This document shows, one piece after another, positions 1 through 10,360 of a stretch of DNA of 64,000 bases (position 1 is the first letter of the stretch; each line of letters starts with the position of its first letter). The notes below the pieces were generated by a model. The model worked only from the letters and a program-made list of their open reading frames with translations, searched no databases and had not been told where the DNA came from. A program made the position numbers and the translations under genes. Source of the stretch: Planctomycetota bacterium (GTDB taxonomy: Bacteria > Planctomycetota > GCA-002687715 > CAIWVZ01); assembly GCA_044222185.1 (NCBI GenBank), contig JBGANV010000007.1, positions 243,022 through 307,021 on the forward strand, in the 5' to 3' direction.

Positions 1-1092
1 GTTCTTCATGCCGCCGCCGGTCACGCGCACCGAATCACCCCCGGCGATCTGGTGCGCGTCGCGGAGGGCGAACGCCGTCCCTTCGAGAACGGCTCGGATG
101 AAGTGCGATCGGTCGTGGTCCGTGGAAATCCCGGCGAACATCCCCCGGACCGCCGTGTCGGCGTGGGGCGTTCGTTCACCGACGAGGTAGGGCGCAAACA
201 GGAGCCCCTTGGATGACTCGGCGATCGGCGCATCTGCGACGGCGACGCCGAAGAGTCGGGCCACCCAGTCGAACGCCCGGGTGCCCGTCAGCATGCAACC
301 GATCTGGTAGAAGCGATTCGGAACGGCGTGACTGAACGTGTGGACGCGCATGTCGAAGTCGACGACGGGTCGGTCGTGCACGACGACGAGGACGTTCGAG
401 GTGCCCATGCTCACCATGGCTTGCCCGTTGCGCACGACACCGATGCCGACGGCCGCGGCGGCGTTGTCGGCGGCACCGCCGACGATGGGGATGCCCTTCC
501 ATCGTCCCGCGACCTCGATCGACGTGCAGGGGGGAGGAAAGAGGTCCCGGGCCAGTCCGACCTTCGCGATGACCGTGTCGGACCAGGCGCCCCGCCCGAC
601 GTCCCAGCAGAGCGTGCTCGCGGCGTCGCTGATCTCCTGGCGCATCTCACCCGTCAGACGCCAGCGGACGTAGTCCTTGCAGATGAGGATCGGGCCGAGT
701 GACTTCCGCCACAGGAGGTGGGGTAGCGTGAAACCGGCGAACGGTCGATTCGCGACGGTCGTACGCAACGTGTCGAGGCCCACGCGCTGGACGATCTCAT
801 CGCACTCGGCCTCGGCTCGACCGTCACACCAAAGGATGGCGCGATCACCCGTGCCGACGCACACCTCCGAGTGCATCATTCCGTCGAGCCCGATGGCGTC
901 CGCTGGCCCGAGTTCCTCCAGGATCGCGAGCGTCGCCGCAACCCAGTCCTCCGGGTCCTGTTCGGCATGGACGCCCTCGCCGTACAGCGGATAGGAGCGC
1001 CGCGCCGATTTCAGGATCCGCCCGTCGGGGAACGAGACGAGCACGCCCTTCGCACCGGAAGTTCCCAGATCGATGCCGATCGTCTTCGACAT
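1..1092 (-). CDS. xylB: FGGY-family carbohydrate kinase (xylulokinase-like), 3' end runs off the window
   Basis: Not in the ORF track. Manual translation from ATG at 1092 gives MSKTIGIDLGTSGAKGVLVS, and the window edge reads SVRVTGGGMKN. Both are FGGY motifs. Starts 13 bp after the GH35 stop. Confidence 0.8.
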   Translation of the reverse strand, partial: MSKTIGIDLGTSGAKGVLVSFPDGRILKSARRSYPLYGEGVHAEQDPEDWVAATLAILEELGPADAIGLDGMMHSEVCVGTGDRAILWCDGRAEAECDEIVQRVGLDTLRTTVANRPFAGFTLPHLLWRKSLGPILICKDYVRWRLTGEMRQEISDAASTLCWDVGRGAWSDTVIAKVGLARDLFPPPCTSIEVAGRWKGIPIVGGAADNAAAAVGIGVVRNGQAMVSMGTSNVLVVVHDRPVVDFDMRVHTFSHAVPNRFYQIGCMLTGTRAFDWVARLFGVAVADAPIAESSKGLLFAPYLVGERTPHADTAVRGMFAGISTDHDRSHFIRAVLEGTAFALRDAHQIAGGDSVRVTGGGMKN

Positions 1093-1104
1093 GCGAGCAC
1101 TTTC

Positions 1105-2928
1105 TCAGAGCTCGTGGATCACGCCAGAGCAGCGGGGGACGTCGACGTGAATCACGCGGTGGTCGACTTCGATCTTCGCGGTGACCGGTGCGCCGGGATT
1201 CGTCACGATCAGCGCGGTGCCCCGCCGGCTCACCTGGACGCCGGCCGTGAGCGAGAGCGCAGGGATCGTCATGCGATGAAATCGGTGGACCGCGAGGATC
1301 GCATCCCGGTTCGGGCGGCATCCCAGCACGAGCAATGAGCCTTGGCCCCGTCGCTCGAAGTAGCCCGTGACGTACCGCCGCCCCACGGCGACGTGCATGA
1401 GTCGCTCCATGTCGGCGTCGGTTCTCCACGCGAGCTGCGTGGCGACGACGGGGGACCCGGGGGGCGAGCGATGGTCGAAGACGGGGCCGTTCGCGATGAA
1501 CGCCTCGGTCGAGCCGGGTAGCACGACCTTCAGGTTCTCGGCGCCCGGGTGGCTCGTTCCATCCGGCGTCGCGCACCCGGCCGGAAGTCGTTGGAACGCG
1601 ACGACGTGCCCGCCAGCTTCCGCGTACCGCCAGAGGTGGGACGCGTCCGCGAGCTCTCCAGCGACGAACAGCAACGGTGGCGCGCTGCCACCGATCGGTT
1701 CATCCACATCCACGAAGTCGTATTCGACGCCCATCTCCTGGAGCGTTTCGAAGAGGGGGTCGTCCGCGGGGCGCTTCTCGATCTGCGCGACCTGGTGCCA
1801 GTGCCAGGACCACGTCACACCAAACGAGACTTGGGGCGGCGGCGCGTCGCGGAGTTCGCGGAACGCTGCCGAGGCCTCGCGGAACGCGTCACCGAGTTCG
1901 GGGTGGATCACGCCGCGCTCGTTGATCGGCGCGCCGGTCCAGTTGTCGCGGTTCGCGAGCATGTACCAGTTCCACCCGCGCACGCCGCTCTGCAGCGCCG
2001 TCATCGCCGTCAAGCGGTAATGGTCAGGCGAATACTCGGGGGGCGCGCCGTGCCACACTCCCGCGCCGAACTCGGCGATGTAGGGGAAGTCGGTGACGCA
2101 CCGGAGCAGCCGGAGGCGCTCGCGGAAGTAGCGCAGGTCCGTGCGACACTCGTTCGAGGGGTACGGGTCGATGCCGTAGAAGTCGGCGATCGATGCGAGG
2201 TCCCGCCAGTGCTGTGCGTCGACGCCCGGCCACGTGTTCAGGAGGATGGGCACCGTGCAGCCATTCGCGCGGAATGCCTCGACGACCCAGCGCGCATAGT
2301 CCGTGGCGAGGTCGTAGCGGTACCGGCAACCGTCGCGCAGGCGTGGATCGTCGCGAAGCGGTCCGATGGGAGCGAGCGCGGGGATCGCCTCGGCGAACGC
2401 GGCGTAGTTCGTGTTCCATGCGGCGTTCATCGCTGCCGGTGTCCCGTACCTCCGCTCGAGCCATGCGGCGAACCCCTGGTCTTCGCCGTAGATGTACGGC
2501 ATGGGGTCGATCTCGTTGTCGGCCTGGACGGCGACGATGAGCGAGCCGAGGTGTGGCCGCAGGACTTCCATGACGGCGTCGATCCACGCGGCGGCCTTGC
2601 GGCGGAACTCGGGATGGTGCTTGCCGAACGGGACCGCGTGATCGGGGATGCCCAGGTTGCGCCACTCGGCGTAGAAGAACGGCCCCGGGCGCGCGAGCAC
2701 GCGAAGTCGTCTCGCACGGATCTCGGCCAGGAACGCCTGGAGGAGCGCGAAGTCGAAGACGCCTTCACGAACCTCGTGCAGGTCCCACATGACGTACATC
2801 CCGATGACCTCGGCACCGAGCGTCCGTGCCGAATCGAGGATTGCGCCCCAGTGCTTCGCCTGAACGCGACCGTAGTGGATCTCGCCGCCGACCATGGGCG
2901 GGAGCGACGCGACGTTGGCTTTCTTCAT
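1105..2928 (-). CDS. GH35-like glycoside hydrolase (beta-galactosidase family)
   Basis: GGEIHYGR, YVMWDLHE..EGVFDF, RPGPFFYAEW..LGIP, QADNE (acid/base) and YIAEFGAG (nucleophile). Confidence 0.85.
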   Translation of the reverse strand: MKKANVASLPPMVGGEIHYGRVQAKHWGAILDSARTLGAEVIGMYVMWDLHEVREGVFDFALLQAFLAEIRARRLRVLARPGPFFYAEWRNLGIPDHAVPFGKHHPEFRRKAAAWIDAVMEVLRPHLGSLIVAVQADNEIDPMPYIYGEDQGFAAWLERRYGTPAAMNAAWNTNYAAFAEAIPALAPIGPLRDDPRLRDGCRYRYDLATDYARWVVEAFRANGCTVPILLNTWPGVDAQHWRDLASIADFYGIDPYPSNECRTDLRYFRERLRLLRCVTDFPYIAEFGAGVWHGAPPEYSPDHYRLTAMTALQSGVRGWNWYMLANRDNWTGAPINERGVIHPELGDAFREASAAFRELRDAPPPQVSFGVTWSWHWHQVAQIEKRPADDPLFETLQEMGVEYDFVDVDEPIGGSAPPLLFVAGELADASHLWRYAEAGGHVVAFQRLPAGCATPDGTSHPGAENLKVVLPGSTEAFIANGPVFDHRSPPGSPVVATQLAWRTDADMERLMHVAVGRRYVTGYFERRGQGSLLVLGCRPNRDAILAVHRFHRMTIPALSLTAGVQVSRRGTALIVTNPGAPVTAKIEVDHRVIHVDVPRCSGVIHEL

Positions 2929-3436
2929 GGGGTTTCCGCGCGGCGCGTTCTACGCGAGGGGCACGGAAGCGAAAGCGGGGTGCCGGAGAAGACGGGGCGT
3001 GAAAAAAGTCGCGCCTGGCCGTCGGTCGCATGATCTGCACGACATCATGGTCGTGCTGCGAGACGTCGGATGCGCCGGGTGCCGGAGCTGCTTCACGGTC
3101 GTCGCGGGCGTGTTGGACGGGCCAGGAGGGCGCGTCGCGCAAATCGGGGCAAGGGCTCCGACCGTCCGCGGATCGAACGGTGACGTGTCATACGTGTCAG
3201 GCTCGGACCGGGCGCATGGTCGACGTCACTTCGCGTGATCGGCCACCGGCAAGGCCGGCAGTCGCGGCGACGGCCAAGCGCACGGCAGGATTCTAATCGC
3301 GTTCATCGCGTGACGCGAAAAAAAACTCGGGTGGATCTGTGCGAAGGCGAGGCGAACGAGGCTCAGCTCGAACTGGCGTCGGCAAACTACGCATCGCGCG
3401 GTCGACAACGTGCGCACCTGTGCGGAGAATGCCGCC

Positions 3437-5092
3437 ATGCTCAAGACCTTCACGGCATCGATGGTTGCGTTCCTGTGCCTCGTCGGCGATCTGCTCGGGC
3501 AGCAAGAACGCCCGACTGACGCACTTCTTACACGCGAGATGATCGCGGCGCCGCTGCGGTTCCTCTCCCACGATCTGCTCGAAGGCCGAGGCGTCGCCAG
3601 CCGCGGCGACGAGTTGGCGCGGCTCTACATCGCGACGCAGCTCGAGTCGTGGGGCTATCAGCCAGGCGCGGGCTCGGATTTCGTCGTGGCCGCCAGCGGC
3701 GCGCAGGCGGACCTCGGATACGTGCAGCCCGTGCCGATCATCGGGATCACGTCCGTGATCGATGCCGGCCTCACGGCGAATGGTCCCAACGGCAAGCTCG
3801 AGTTCGCCGCGCCCTCGGACTACACGGGGTACGCGTGGCAGCCGAAGGCGGTCACTTCCTGGAGTGACGCCGAACTCGTTTTCGTCGGGTACGGCATCAC
3901 CGCGCCCGAGCAGAAATGGGACGATTTCAAGGACGTGGACGTGAAGGGGAAGGTCCTGGTCGTGATGAACAACGACCCGTCGTCGGACCCCGCGCTCTTC
4001 GCGGGCAAGACGCGCCTCTACTACGGTCGCTGGTCGTATAAATACGAGGAAGCGTCCCGCCGCGGCGCCCTCGGCGCGATCATCATCCACACGGAGCCCT
4101 CCGCGGGGTATCCGTTCCAGGTGATCCAGTCGAAGCACGGCACGGAGTACTTCTGGCTGCCGTTCGAGAAGGACGAGTCGCTCCAGATCGCGGCGTGGAT
4201 GGCGGACGATGCCGTCAAACGCATGGTGCAGCTCGCGGGTCACGATCTGGACGCCCTGCGCGCGAAGGCCGAGTCGCGCGACTTCCGTCCCGTGCCGCTC
4301 GGGATCAAGGCGACGTTGGGACTCAAGAACGCCGTGCGTGAACTGCGATCCGGGAACGTCGTCGCACAGATGACGGGGAGCGATCCCAAGCTCAAGGACG
4401 AATACGTCGTCGTCACTGCGCACCACGACCATCTGGGGCTCGGGCCGAAGAAGAACAACGACGCGATCTACAACGGCGCGCTCGACAACGCGTCGGGGTG
4501 CTCCATGATGCTCGCCCTGGCGCGAGCCATGACCACACCGACGCTGCGTCCCAAGCGGTCGATCATTTTCGCGTCGGTGACGGGGGAGGAGTCCGGCCTC
4601 CTCGGTTCGGATTACTTCGCGCGGCATCCCACGGTTCCCGTCAAGCAGATCGTCGCCAATCTGAACATCGACGGGATCAACATCTGGGGGCGGACGAAGG
4701 ATCTTCAACTCGTCGGGTACGGGAAGAGCAGCCTCGCGAAGGTCGCGGCCGAGGTGGCAGCAGCCCGAGGGCGCACGGTCGTCCCCGACAGCGAGCCCGA
4801 GAAGGGGCTCTTCTATCGGTCCGACCATTTCTCGTTGGCGAAGGTCGGGATCCCCTCCGTGTACTTCAAGGCGGGGCAGGACTTCCTCGAAGATGCGGAC
4901 GTGAAGCGGCGGGTGCAGCTCGCTTACACGGCAACGCACTATCACCAACCGAGCGATGAGTTCGATCGGAGGTGGCGATTGGACGGCGCCGTCGAGGACG
5001 CGCGACTGATGCTCGATCTGCTCGTCCGCATGGCGAACGATGCGACGGCGCCGGCGTGGACTCCCGGTGACGAGTTCGAGAAAGCCCGTTGA
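3437..5092 (+). CDS. Secreted M28 metallopeptidase with PA domain
   Basis: Signal peptide, LEGRG, FVGYGI, AHHDHLG, NGALDNASG, GEESGLLGS, RSDHF and YHQPSDE. Confidence 0.93.
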   Translation: MLKTFTASMVAFLCLVGDLLGQQERPTDALLTREMIAAPLRFLSHDLLEGRGVASRGDELARLYIATQLESWGYQPGAGSDFVVAASGAQADLGYVQPVPIIGITSVIDAGLTANGPNGKLEFAAPSDYTGYAWQPKAVTSWSDAELVFVGYGITAPEQKWDDFKDVDVKGKVLVVMNNDPSSDPALFAGKTRLYYGRWSYKYEEASRRGALGAIIIHTEPSAGYPFQVIQSKHGTEYFWLPFEKDESLQIAAWMADDAVKRMVQLAGHDLDALRAKAESRDFRPVPLGIKATLGLKNAVRELRSGNVVAQMTGSDPKLKDEYVVVTAHHDHLGLGPKKNNDAIYNGALDNASGCSMMLALARAMTTPTLRPKRSIIFASVTGEESGLLGSDYFARHPTVPVKQIVANLNIDGINIWGRTKDLQLVGYGKSSLAKVAAEVAAARGRTVVPDSEPEKGLFYRSDHFSLAKVGIPSVYFKAGQDFLEDADVKRRVQLAYTATHYHQPSDEFDRRWRLDGAVEDARLMLDLLVRMANDATAPAWTPGDEFEKAR

Positions 5093-5242
5093 GAAAGGTG
5101 CCGAGCGCGGCGATCCCTAAGTCGCTGGCCGATGGGGGGCTGTGCCGTCGGTCGCGGGAAGTCGCCGATCCGCGCATGGACAACTCCGCTAATTCGAAAC
5201 GCGTTCGACCGCCCAGCTTTCTCGAGGTTCGCCGGCAGAACT

Positions 5243-5271
5243 TTGACAAACACGTAGGCCGTCCCTAACTT
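5243..5271 (+). promoter_or_regulatory. Sigma70-type promoter for the lamin-tail gene
   Basis: TTGACA-17 nt-TAACTT, about 80 bp upstream of AAAAGGAG and the GTG start. Confidence 0.6.
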
Positions 5272-5348
5272 GCTGGGACTTCCGGGCCGCCGAGAGTTCG
5301 GTCCGGCTGCTCATCTCCCAGTCAAGGAATCAAGAAAAGGAGTGCCGA

Positions 5349-7112
5349 GTGAAGACCTTCCGTCTCATGTTCTGCATGGCCGCCTTCGTTGGCGCCATGC
5401 TCGCGCAAGGCCCGACGATCGCGACGCACGTCGTGATCAACGAGTTCTCATACGACGATGAGGGCACGGACGATCGCGAGTTCGTCGAGCTCTACAACCC
5501 GCTTGCGACGCCGGTCGACATCTCGGGGTGGGTGCTCCAATCGGTCGATGAGGCGTACCCGACCGACAACAACGCCGACTACACCGTTCCGGGCGCACCA
5601 GGCAGCAACACCACGGTGATTCCGCCGTTCGGCTACTACACCTTCGGCTCCGGCACGGTCACGCCGGCCGTGAACCAGGTCGTCGGCGCGACGAACCTCT
5701 GGGAGAACGACGCCGAGGCGATGATCCTCCGCGACGGCGCGAACAACATCGTCGACACGGTCACCTACGAAGGGAACAAGATCGGCCAGGGTCAGTGGGC
5801 CACGTTCCCGACGCAGTTCATCGAAGGCCAGGCGATCTGGGGGAACAGCACGTTCAACATCACCCCCACGCCCCAATCCTGGTCGCGGTGGAACGATGGC
5901 TACGACACCGACAACAACGGGAACGACTTCGGCGGCATGGCGATGACGCCGGGTACCTCGAACCACCTCGCCATTCCGAATGCTCTGCCGTTCTTCAACA
6001 ACTTCGATGCGCTCGCACCCGAGACGGCCGTCCCAGGCTTCATCGACTCGTTCGTGAACGCGCGCGCGATCGATCCGACCGTGACGTCGGCGACGAACCC
6101 GAACGTCATCGCGGCCTCGCCGGCTGGCGGCTACGCCATGACGGTTTACGACCCGACAGGCGGCGGCAACACGGCGACGTTGAACACGACGCCGGCCCTC
6201 GACTTCCGGCTCGAGTGCTACGTCTACGTCTACGCGACGGGCACGGCGCGCATCGCGACCGACCAGGAGTATTGGGGCATCGGAGTCCGCGGCACGGTCG
6301 ACCCGACGTTCTACAACTTCCCGATCATCGGGCAGACGGGCCAGAACAACGCCAGCAGCAACACGGGCATCGCGTGGGAGTACGCGTACGTGAATAGCCA
6401 GGCGACCATGCGCCTCGTCGACGAGAACGACGGTGGTGACGACGAGACCGTGCTCCTCACGATCCCGATCACGGCCGGCGTGAACGACGGCTGGCAGCGC
6501 CTGCGCCTCGAAGTGACCGGCAACCAGATCGACGCGGTCTTCGGCGGCACCTACGGGTCGATCCTCGACGGCACGCGCTTCACGGGCTTCACGTCGACGA
6601 ACGGTCTGGGCATGGCGTACCTCGGCTACCGCGAGGCCATCGCGACGAATGCGTTCAACCGCGCCGTCACCGTCGACAACCTCAGCGTCATCGTTTCGCC
6701 GCTCACGACGGACGTCGATTTCATCAGCGTCGCGACCGGCGGCACGGTGAACTTCGGCCTCCACGGCGGGGCGGCGAATGCGGGTCTCGCGTACATCCTC
6801 CTCGCCTCGGCGACGGGCGGCACGCCGGGCTTCGTCCTCGATGCGTCCCAGAACTTCACGGTCGTCCCGGTCGTTCCGGACGCCGTGACGGACCTGGGCC
6901 TCCAGCTTGCGAACGTCAGCCCGCTCTTCGGCAACTTCATCTCGAACCTGGATGCGTCGGGTGAAGGCTCGGCGTTCAGCGCGCTGCCGCCGCTGCCGAG
7001 TGGCCTCGCCGGCCTCACGATTCACTTCGGCTACGTGGTGCTCAGCACGTTCTCGCCGTTCCAGTTGAATGGCTTCTCGAGCAACTCGCGCGCGATCACG
7101 CTCACGCCTTGA
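5349..7112 (+). CDS. Secreted lamin-tail-domain protein with C-terminal beta-sandwich-like domain
   Basis: Signal peptide, VVINEF.YDD.GTDDREFVELYN...VDISGW (LTD), strong RBS and codon bias. Confidence 0.85.
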   Translation: MKTFRLMFCMAAFVGAMLAQGPTIATHVVINEFSYDDEGTDDREFVELYNPLATPVDISGWVLQSVDEAYPTDNNADYTVPGAPGSNTTVIPPFGYYTFGSGTVTPAVNQVVGATNLWENDAEAMILRDGANNIVDTVTYEGNKIGQGQWATFPTQFIEGQAIWGNSTFNITPTPQSWSRWNDGYDTDNNGNDFGGMAMTPGTSNHLAIPNALPFFNNFDALAPETAVPGFIDSFVNARAIDPTVTSATNPNVIAASPAGGYAMTVYDPTGGGNTATLNTTPALDFRLECYVYVYATGTARIATDQEYWGIGVRGTVDPTFYNFPIIGQTGQNNASSNTGIAWEYAYVNSQATMRLVDENDGGDDETVLLTIPITAGVNDGWQRLRLEVTGNQIDAVFGGTYGSILDGTRFTGFTSTNGLGMAYLGYREAIATNAFNRAVTVDNLSVIVSPLTTDVDFISVATGGTVNFGLHGGAANAGLAYILLASATGGTPGFVLDASQNFTVVPVVPDAVTDLGLQLANVSPLFGNFISNLDASGEGSAFSALPPLPSGLAGLTIHFGYVVLSTFSPFQLNGFSSNSRAITLTP

Positions 7113-7155
7113 TCGTCGCGTGATGCGACACCTTCTCGGGGTGTCGTGACTGCAT

Positions 7156-7189
7156 GAAAGGCCCGTTGCGGAAACGCAGCGGGCCTTTC
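7156..7189 (+). terminator. Intrinsic terminator hairpin, possibly bidirectional
   Basis: GAAAGGCCCGTTGCG-GAAA-CGCAGCGGGCCTTTC, 44 bp after the stop codon. Confidence 0.75.
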
Positions 7190-7495
7190 GGCTTTGATGG
7201 GGACCGGAGTTCGGCGCGATCCGCCCGTGCCCCAATGGCGAAAAGAAAAACGGCGCACCGGAGGTGTCGCCCGTGCGCAGCATTTCTCTTCCATCGCTGC
7301 CTCACGCCTGCGATCGCGCGCAGGCCGACCACGTCAGCCGCGCGCGCATTCGACGCGACCACAGAACTTCTCATGCGCTCTCCCGTCGGCGCACCGCGTG
7401 CGAGCTTGCCGCGCCCGCGTTTCCCTCCATGATGCCGCGCGACGCCCAGGGTCATGTGGTCGATCACGAACGTGGTCGGCCGTGGGAGGATGATC

Positions 7496-8236
7496 ATGAG
7501 AAGCAGTTGGAGCGTGTTGGTGACCGTGGCCATGCTGACGTTGCTCACGACGAGTGGGCGATCGCAGTGGATCCTCGAGTACGAGTACATGTCCGCGGCA
7601 CCCGCGTCGAAGATGACGAGCTACTGCGGTCTCGAGCTGAGCGAGGCGTCGGCGCGCGCGCTGCCGTCGTCGATCTATGGATTCGGGCACGCGTTCGACG
7701 ACACGCTGATGTGCAGCGGCCAGGCCGCGGCCGCTCACGAGGTCGTCCAGGTCGGGCAGAGTCGGTACGTGGGCGTCGAGCGGCCGACCATCGAGGTGAC
7801 CGTGCACGCCCAGATGCAGGGTGAGGTCGACCTGCTGAATGCGCCGTGTGGTGCTGCTGCCGTCGGATTCGCGTCGTACACCTCGAACCTGTCGGCGAGT
7901 GGCGTGGTGGCGCGGCTCACTGAGTCGGCCGCTCAGACGGATGGCGTCCAGATCGGGGCCATCAACCTGAATCTCCCGGGAATGGGAGCGAGCATCGCCG
8001 TGCGGTCCGGGGTGGGAGAGGGCGTCTACCCCGACTTCGCCCTGGATTCCGGCTACTACGAAACCTGCGGAGTCGGAGTCTACGGCTACCGGCTTCGGGG
8101 CCGGGCGTACGTGAAGGTGATGGCCAACGGCGGCTGGTTCACGTTCGACGTCGCCGAGTGCTGCGCGCGCATCTTCGCGAACGCGAGCTACGTCGCGCAC
8201 TTTGCGTATCTCGCCCAGGTTCCGATCTGTCCGTGA
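7496..8236 (+). CDS. Hypothetical secreted Cys-containing protein
   Basis: GGAGG RBS, signal-peptide-like N-terminus and GC3 bias. No family recognised. Confidence 0.7.
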   Translation: MRSSWSVLVTVAMLTLLTTSGRSQWILEYEYMSAAPASKMTSYCGLELSEASARALPSSIYGFGHAFDDTLMCSGQAAAAHEVVQVGQSRYVGVERPTIEVTVHAQMQGEVDLLNAPCGAAAVGFASYTSNLSASGVVARLTESAAQTDGVQIGAINLNLPGMGASIAVRSGVGEGVYPDFALDSGYYETCGVGVYGYRLRGRAYVKVMANGGWFTFDVAECCARIFANASYVAHFAYLAQVPICP

Positions 8237-8256
8237 TGAGGTGAGGGAGGCTCTCC

Positions 8257-10359
8257 ATGCGCGCATGGCACATCTGCCTGGTGGCACTCATCGTCTTCGT
8301 GGTTGCGTGGTGGCCCGGTGCACGACCGGACGATCACGCGCGTGTACCACGTGAGGTATTGGCGCGCGTGGAGGGCCAGGCCCCACTCGATTCGCGGCCA
8401 GGACGCGCCCGCACGGGCGTCGAGGCGGCGCTCCGCATACGTGATGAAGACGGCGCGCCGATCTCGGACGCGTCAGTCGTCGCGCGGTCCGAGTACCTCG
8501 AGTTTGCGCGGGCTCGTTCGGATCCTGATGGTCGCGCCCGCCTGCCCTGGGGCGGACTTGCGTTGATCCGCGTCGAGCGGGAAGGCTTCGTTCCCTGGAC
8601 CGGCATCGTCAAGAACGACGATGACAGCGCAGTCGTCGCGTTGCGCCGACCGGCGTCGCTGCAGATCGATTTCGTGAGCGAAGCGGGAGAGCCCGTGGGC
8701 GGCATCGGCACCGAGCTCCTCGTCGACGGACAGGAGCATCCAGGGCCCGAAGCTCCTTCGTTGCCGCGGTCGTTCGCCCCGCTCGTTCAGACCCTGCTGG
8801 ACCCCGCGCCCGTTCCGCCGTCGGATGAGGGCAGCGCTGTCGTGCGGCTCGCTCGCATCCTGTGCCGGAGGGAGAACGCCGACGCGCGGGTCGTCGAGAT
8901 CTCGCCGTTCCTGGCGATCGACCCGGCTCAGATCTCCACGACGAACGGGTCCGTGAGCTGGAGCGTGCTGCCGTCGCGCTCGTCCATGCGGTGGGGCGTC
9001 ACGTCTGGCCACGGAGTCGAGGTCGAGCCGCGCGCTCCGGCCGATGCACGCGGCGGGACCGAGACCGGACGATTCATGAGTGGGGCGCCGGGAACCGTGT
9101 CAGCGGCCTTCACGCTCGAACCGGGGGAACGGCGCCGCTACCTCTGCCTTGCCCATACCGCCACGCGCGTCCTTGGGCGGGTTCTCAGCCATGGGCAACC
9201 GCCGAGCCGCGCGTGTGTCGTGAAGCTGTTCGACGTGGAGAAACAGACGGCTCCCGATGGCACCTGGATCTTGGACGTACGCCAGGAAGCCGAGCGCGGA
9301 ACGGATGCTGACGGCTCTTTCGTCTTCGTAGGCGTGCGGCCCGGGCGCAAGGTCCTCCGCGGATGGTGGCGCGACGGTGACGATCTGAACTTCGTCGGCA
9401 CGGGCTTCACGCTCGAGCCGACCGAAACCAAGGACCTGGGCGTGCTCGAGGTCGGAGAGAGCGCCGTCGTGGAGTGTGAGGTCCGGCTGCGCGATCTTGC
9501 TGGTGGTGATGTACCGCGGGCGCTCGTCGCCAACTCGGATGTCGGCGCTCTCGTGGCGTTGAGTGGGATGGGCGACGACGTGAGCCCCGTGGGCGCGGCG
9601 TTCCATGTGGAGGTCGAACGCGTCGTTCGACTTCACGGCCTTTCGCCTGGGAAGTGGCGTCTCAGTGCCGGCCCGCCCGTCACGTGGCCCGATCTCAAAG
9701 ACACATGGCGTGGCGTCGAGCGCGACTCCGAGTCCACGTTCGTGACTCCCGGGGCGGGTACGCAGCGACTCGTGCTCACGGTGTGCAAGGCGGGGTGGCT
9801 CAAGCTGCGTTGTCACTTCCCGGTGGATACTCGTTTCGCCGCGACGGCGACACTGATCCCGTCGACCGGAGGCCTGTCGAGCCGTTTCAACATCCCGCGG
9901 CGAGACGCCGCGGAGGCCGTGATCGAGCAAGAGGTGTTCGCGGGTCCATACACGATCCTGATTTCTCCGGCGCAGATCGACCCGGCGACGGCCGATGTGA
10001 ACTGGTTCGCGCTGCGTGACGTCGTCGTGGCACCGGGCGGGCGGACGGAGTGTGACACGGTCTTCGAGCGTGGCGTCGAGGTGACGGGCGTCGTGCGGAC
10101 GACGGACGATCGGCCGGCTGCGCGATCGATCGTCGCACTTTCGGCAGTCGGCTTCGACGAAGCGGCGCGGCCGACGTGGCCTTATCAGGTGTTGACCGAC
10201 GGCGAGGGTCGCTATCGGATCGCGGGGTTGATCCCGCACGCCACGTTCCGCGTGCGCACGAGCGAGCAGGTGATCTCCACGGGTGCGGCGGGAGGCGCGC
10301 AATCGATCGATCTGCGGCTCCGCCCACGGGGAATCGTCCCGGTGGGGAACCGGCGATGA
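8257..10359 (+). CDS. Membrane-anchored protein with carboxypeptidase-regulatory-like repeats
   Basis: N-terminal hydrophobic anchor and repeated G.V...TD.DG.F/Y...GL motifs (SDPDGRARL, TDADGSFVF, TDGEGRYRI). Confidence 0.75.
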   Translation: MRAWHICLVALIVFVVAWWPGARPDDHARVPREVLARVEGQAPLDSRPGRARTGVEAALRIRDEDGAPISDASVVARSEYLEFARARSDPDGRARLPWGGLALIRVEREGFVPWTGIVKNDDDSAVVALRRPASLQIDFVSEAGEPVGGIGTELLVDGQEHPGPEAPSLPRSFAPLVQTLLDPAPVPPSDEGSAVVRLARILCRRENADARVVEISPFLAIDPAQISTTNGSVSWSVLPSRSSMRWGVTSGHGVEVEPRAPADARGGTETGRFMSGAPGTVSAAFTLEPGERRRYLCLAHTATRVLGRVLSHGQPPSRACVVKLFDVEKQTAPDGTWILDVRQEAERGTDADGSFVFVGVRPGRKVLRGWWRDGDDLNFVGTGFTLEPTETKDLGVLEVGESAVVECEVRLRDLAGGDVPRALVANSDVGALVALSGMGDDVSPVGAAFHVEVERVVRLHGLSPGKWRLSAGPPVTWPDLKDTWRGVERDSESTFVTPGAGTQRLVLTVCKAGWLKLRCHFPVDTRFAATATLIPSTGGLSSRFNIPRRDAAEAVIEQEVFAGPYTILISPAQIDPATADVNWFALRDVVVAPGGRTECDTVFERGVEVTGVVRTTDDRPAARSIVALSAVGFDEAARPTWPYQVLTDGEGRYRIAGLIPHATFRVRTSEQVISTGAAGGAQSIDLRLRPRGIVPVGNRR

Positions 10360-10360
10360 C

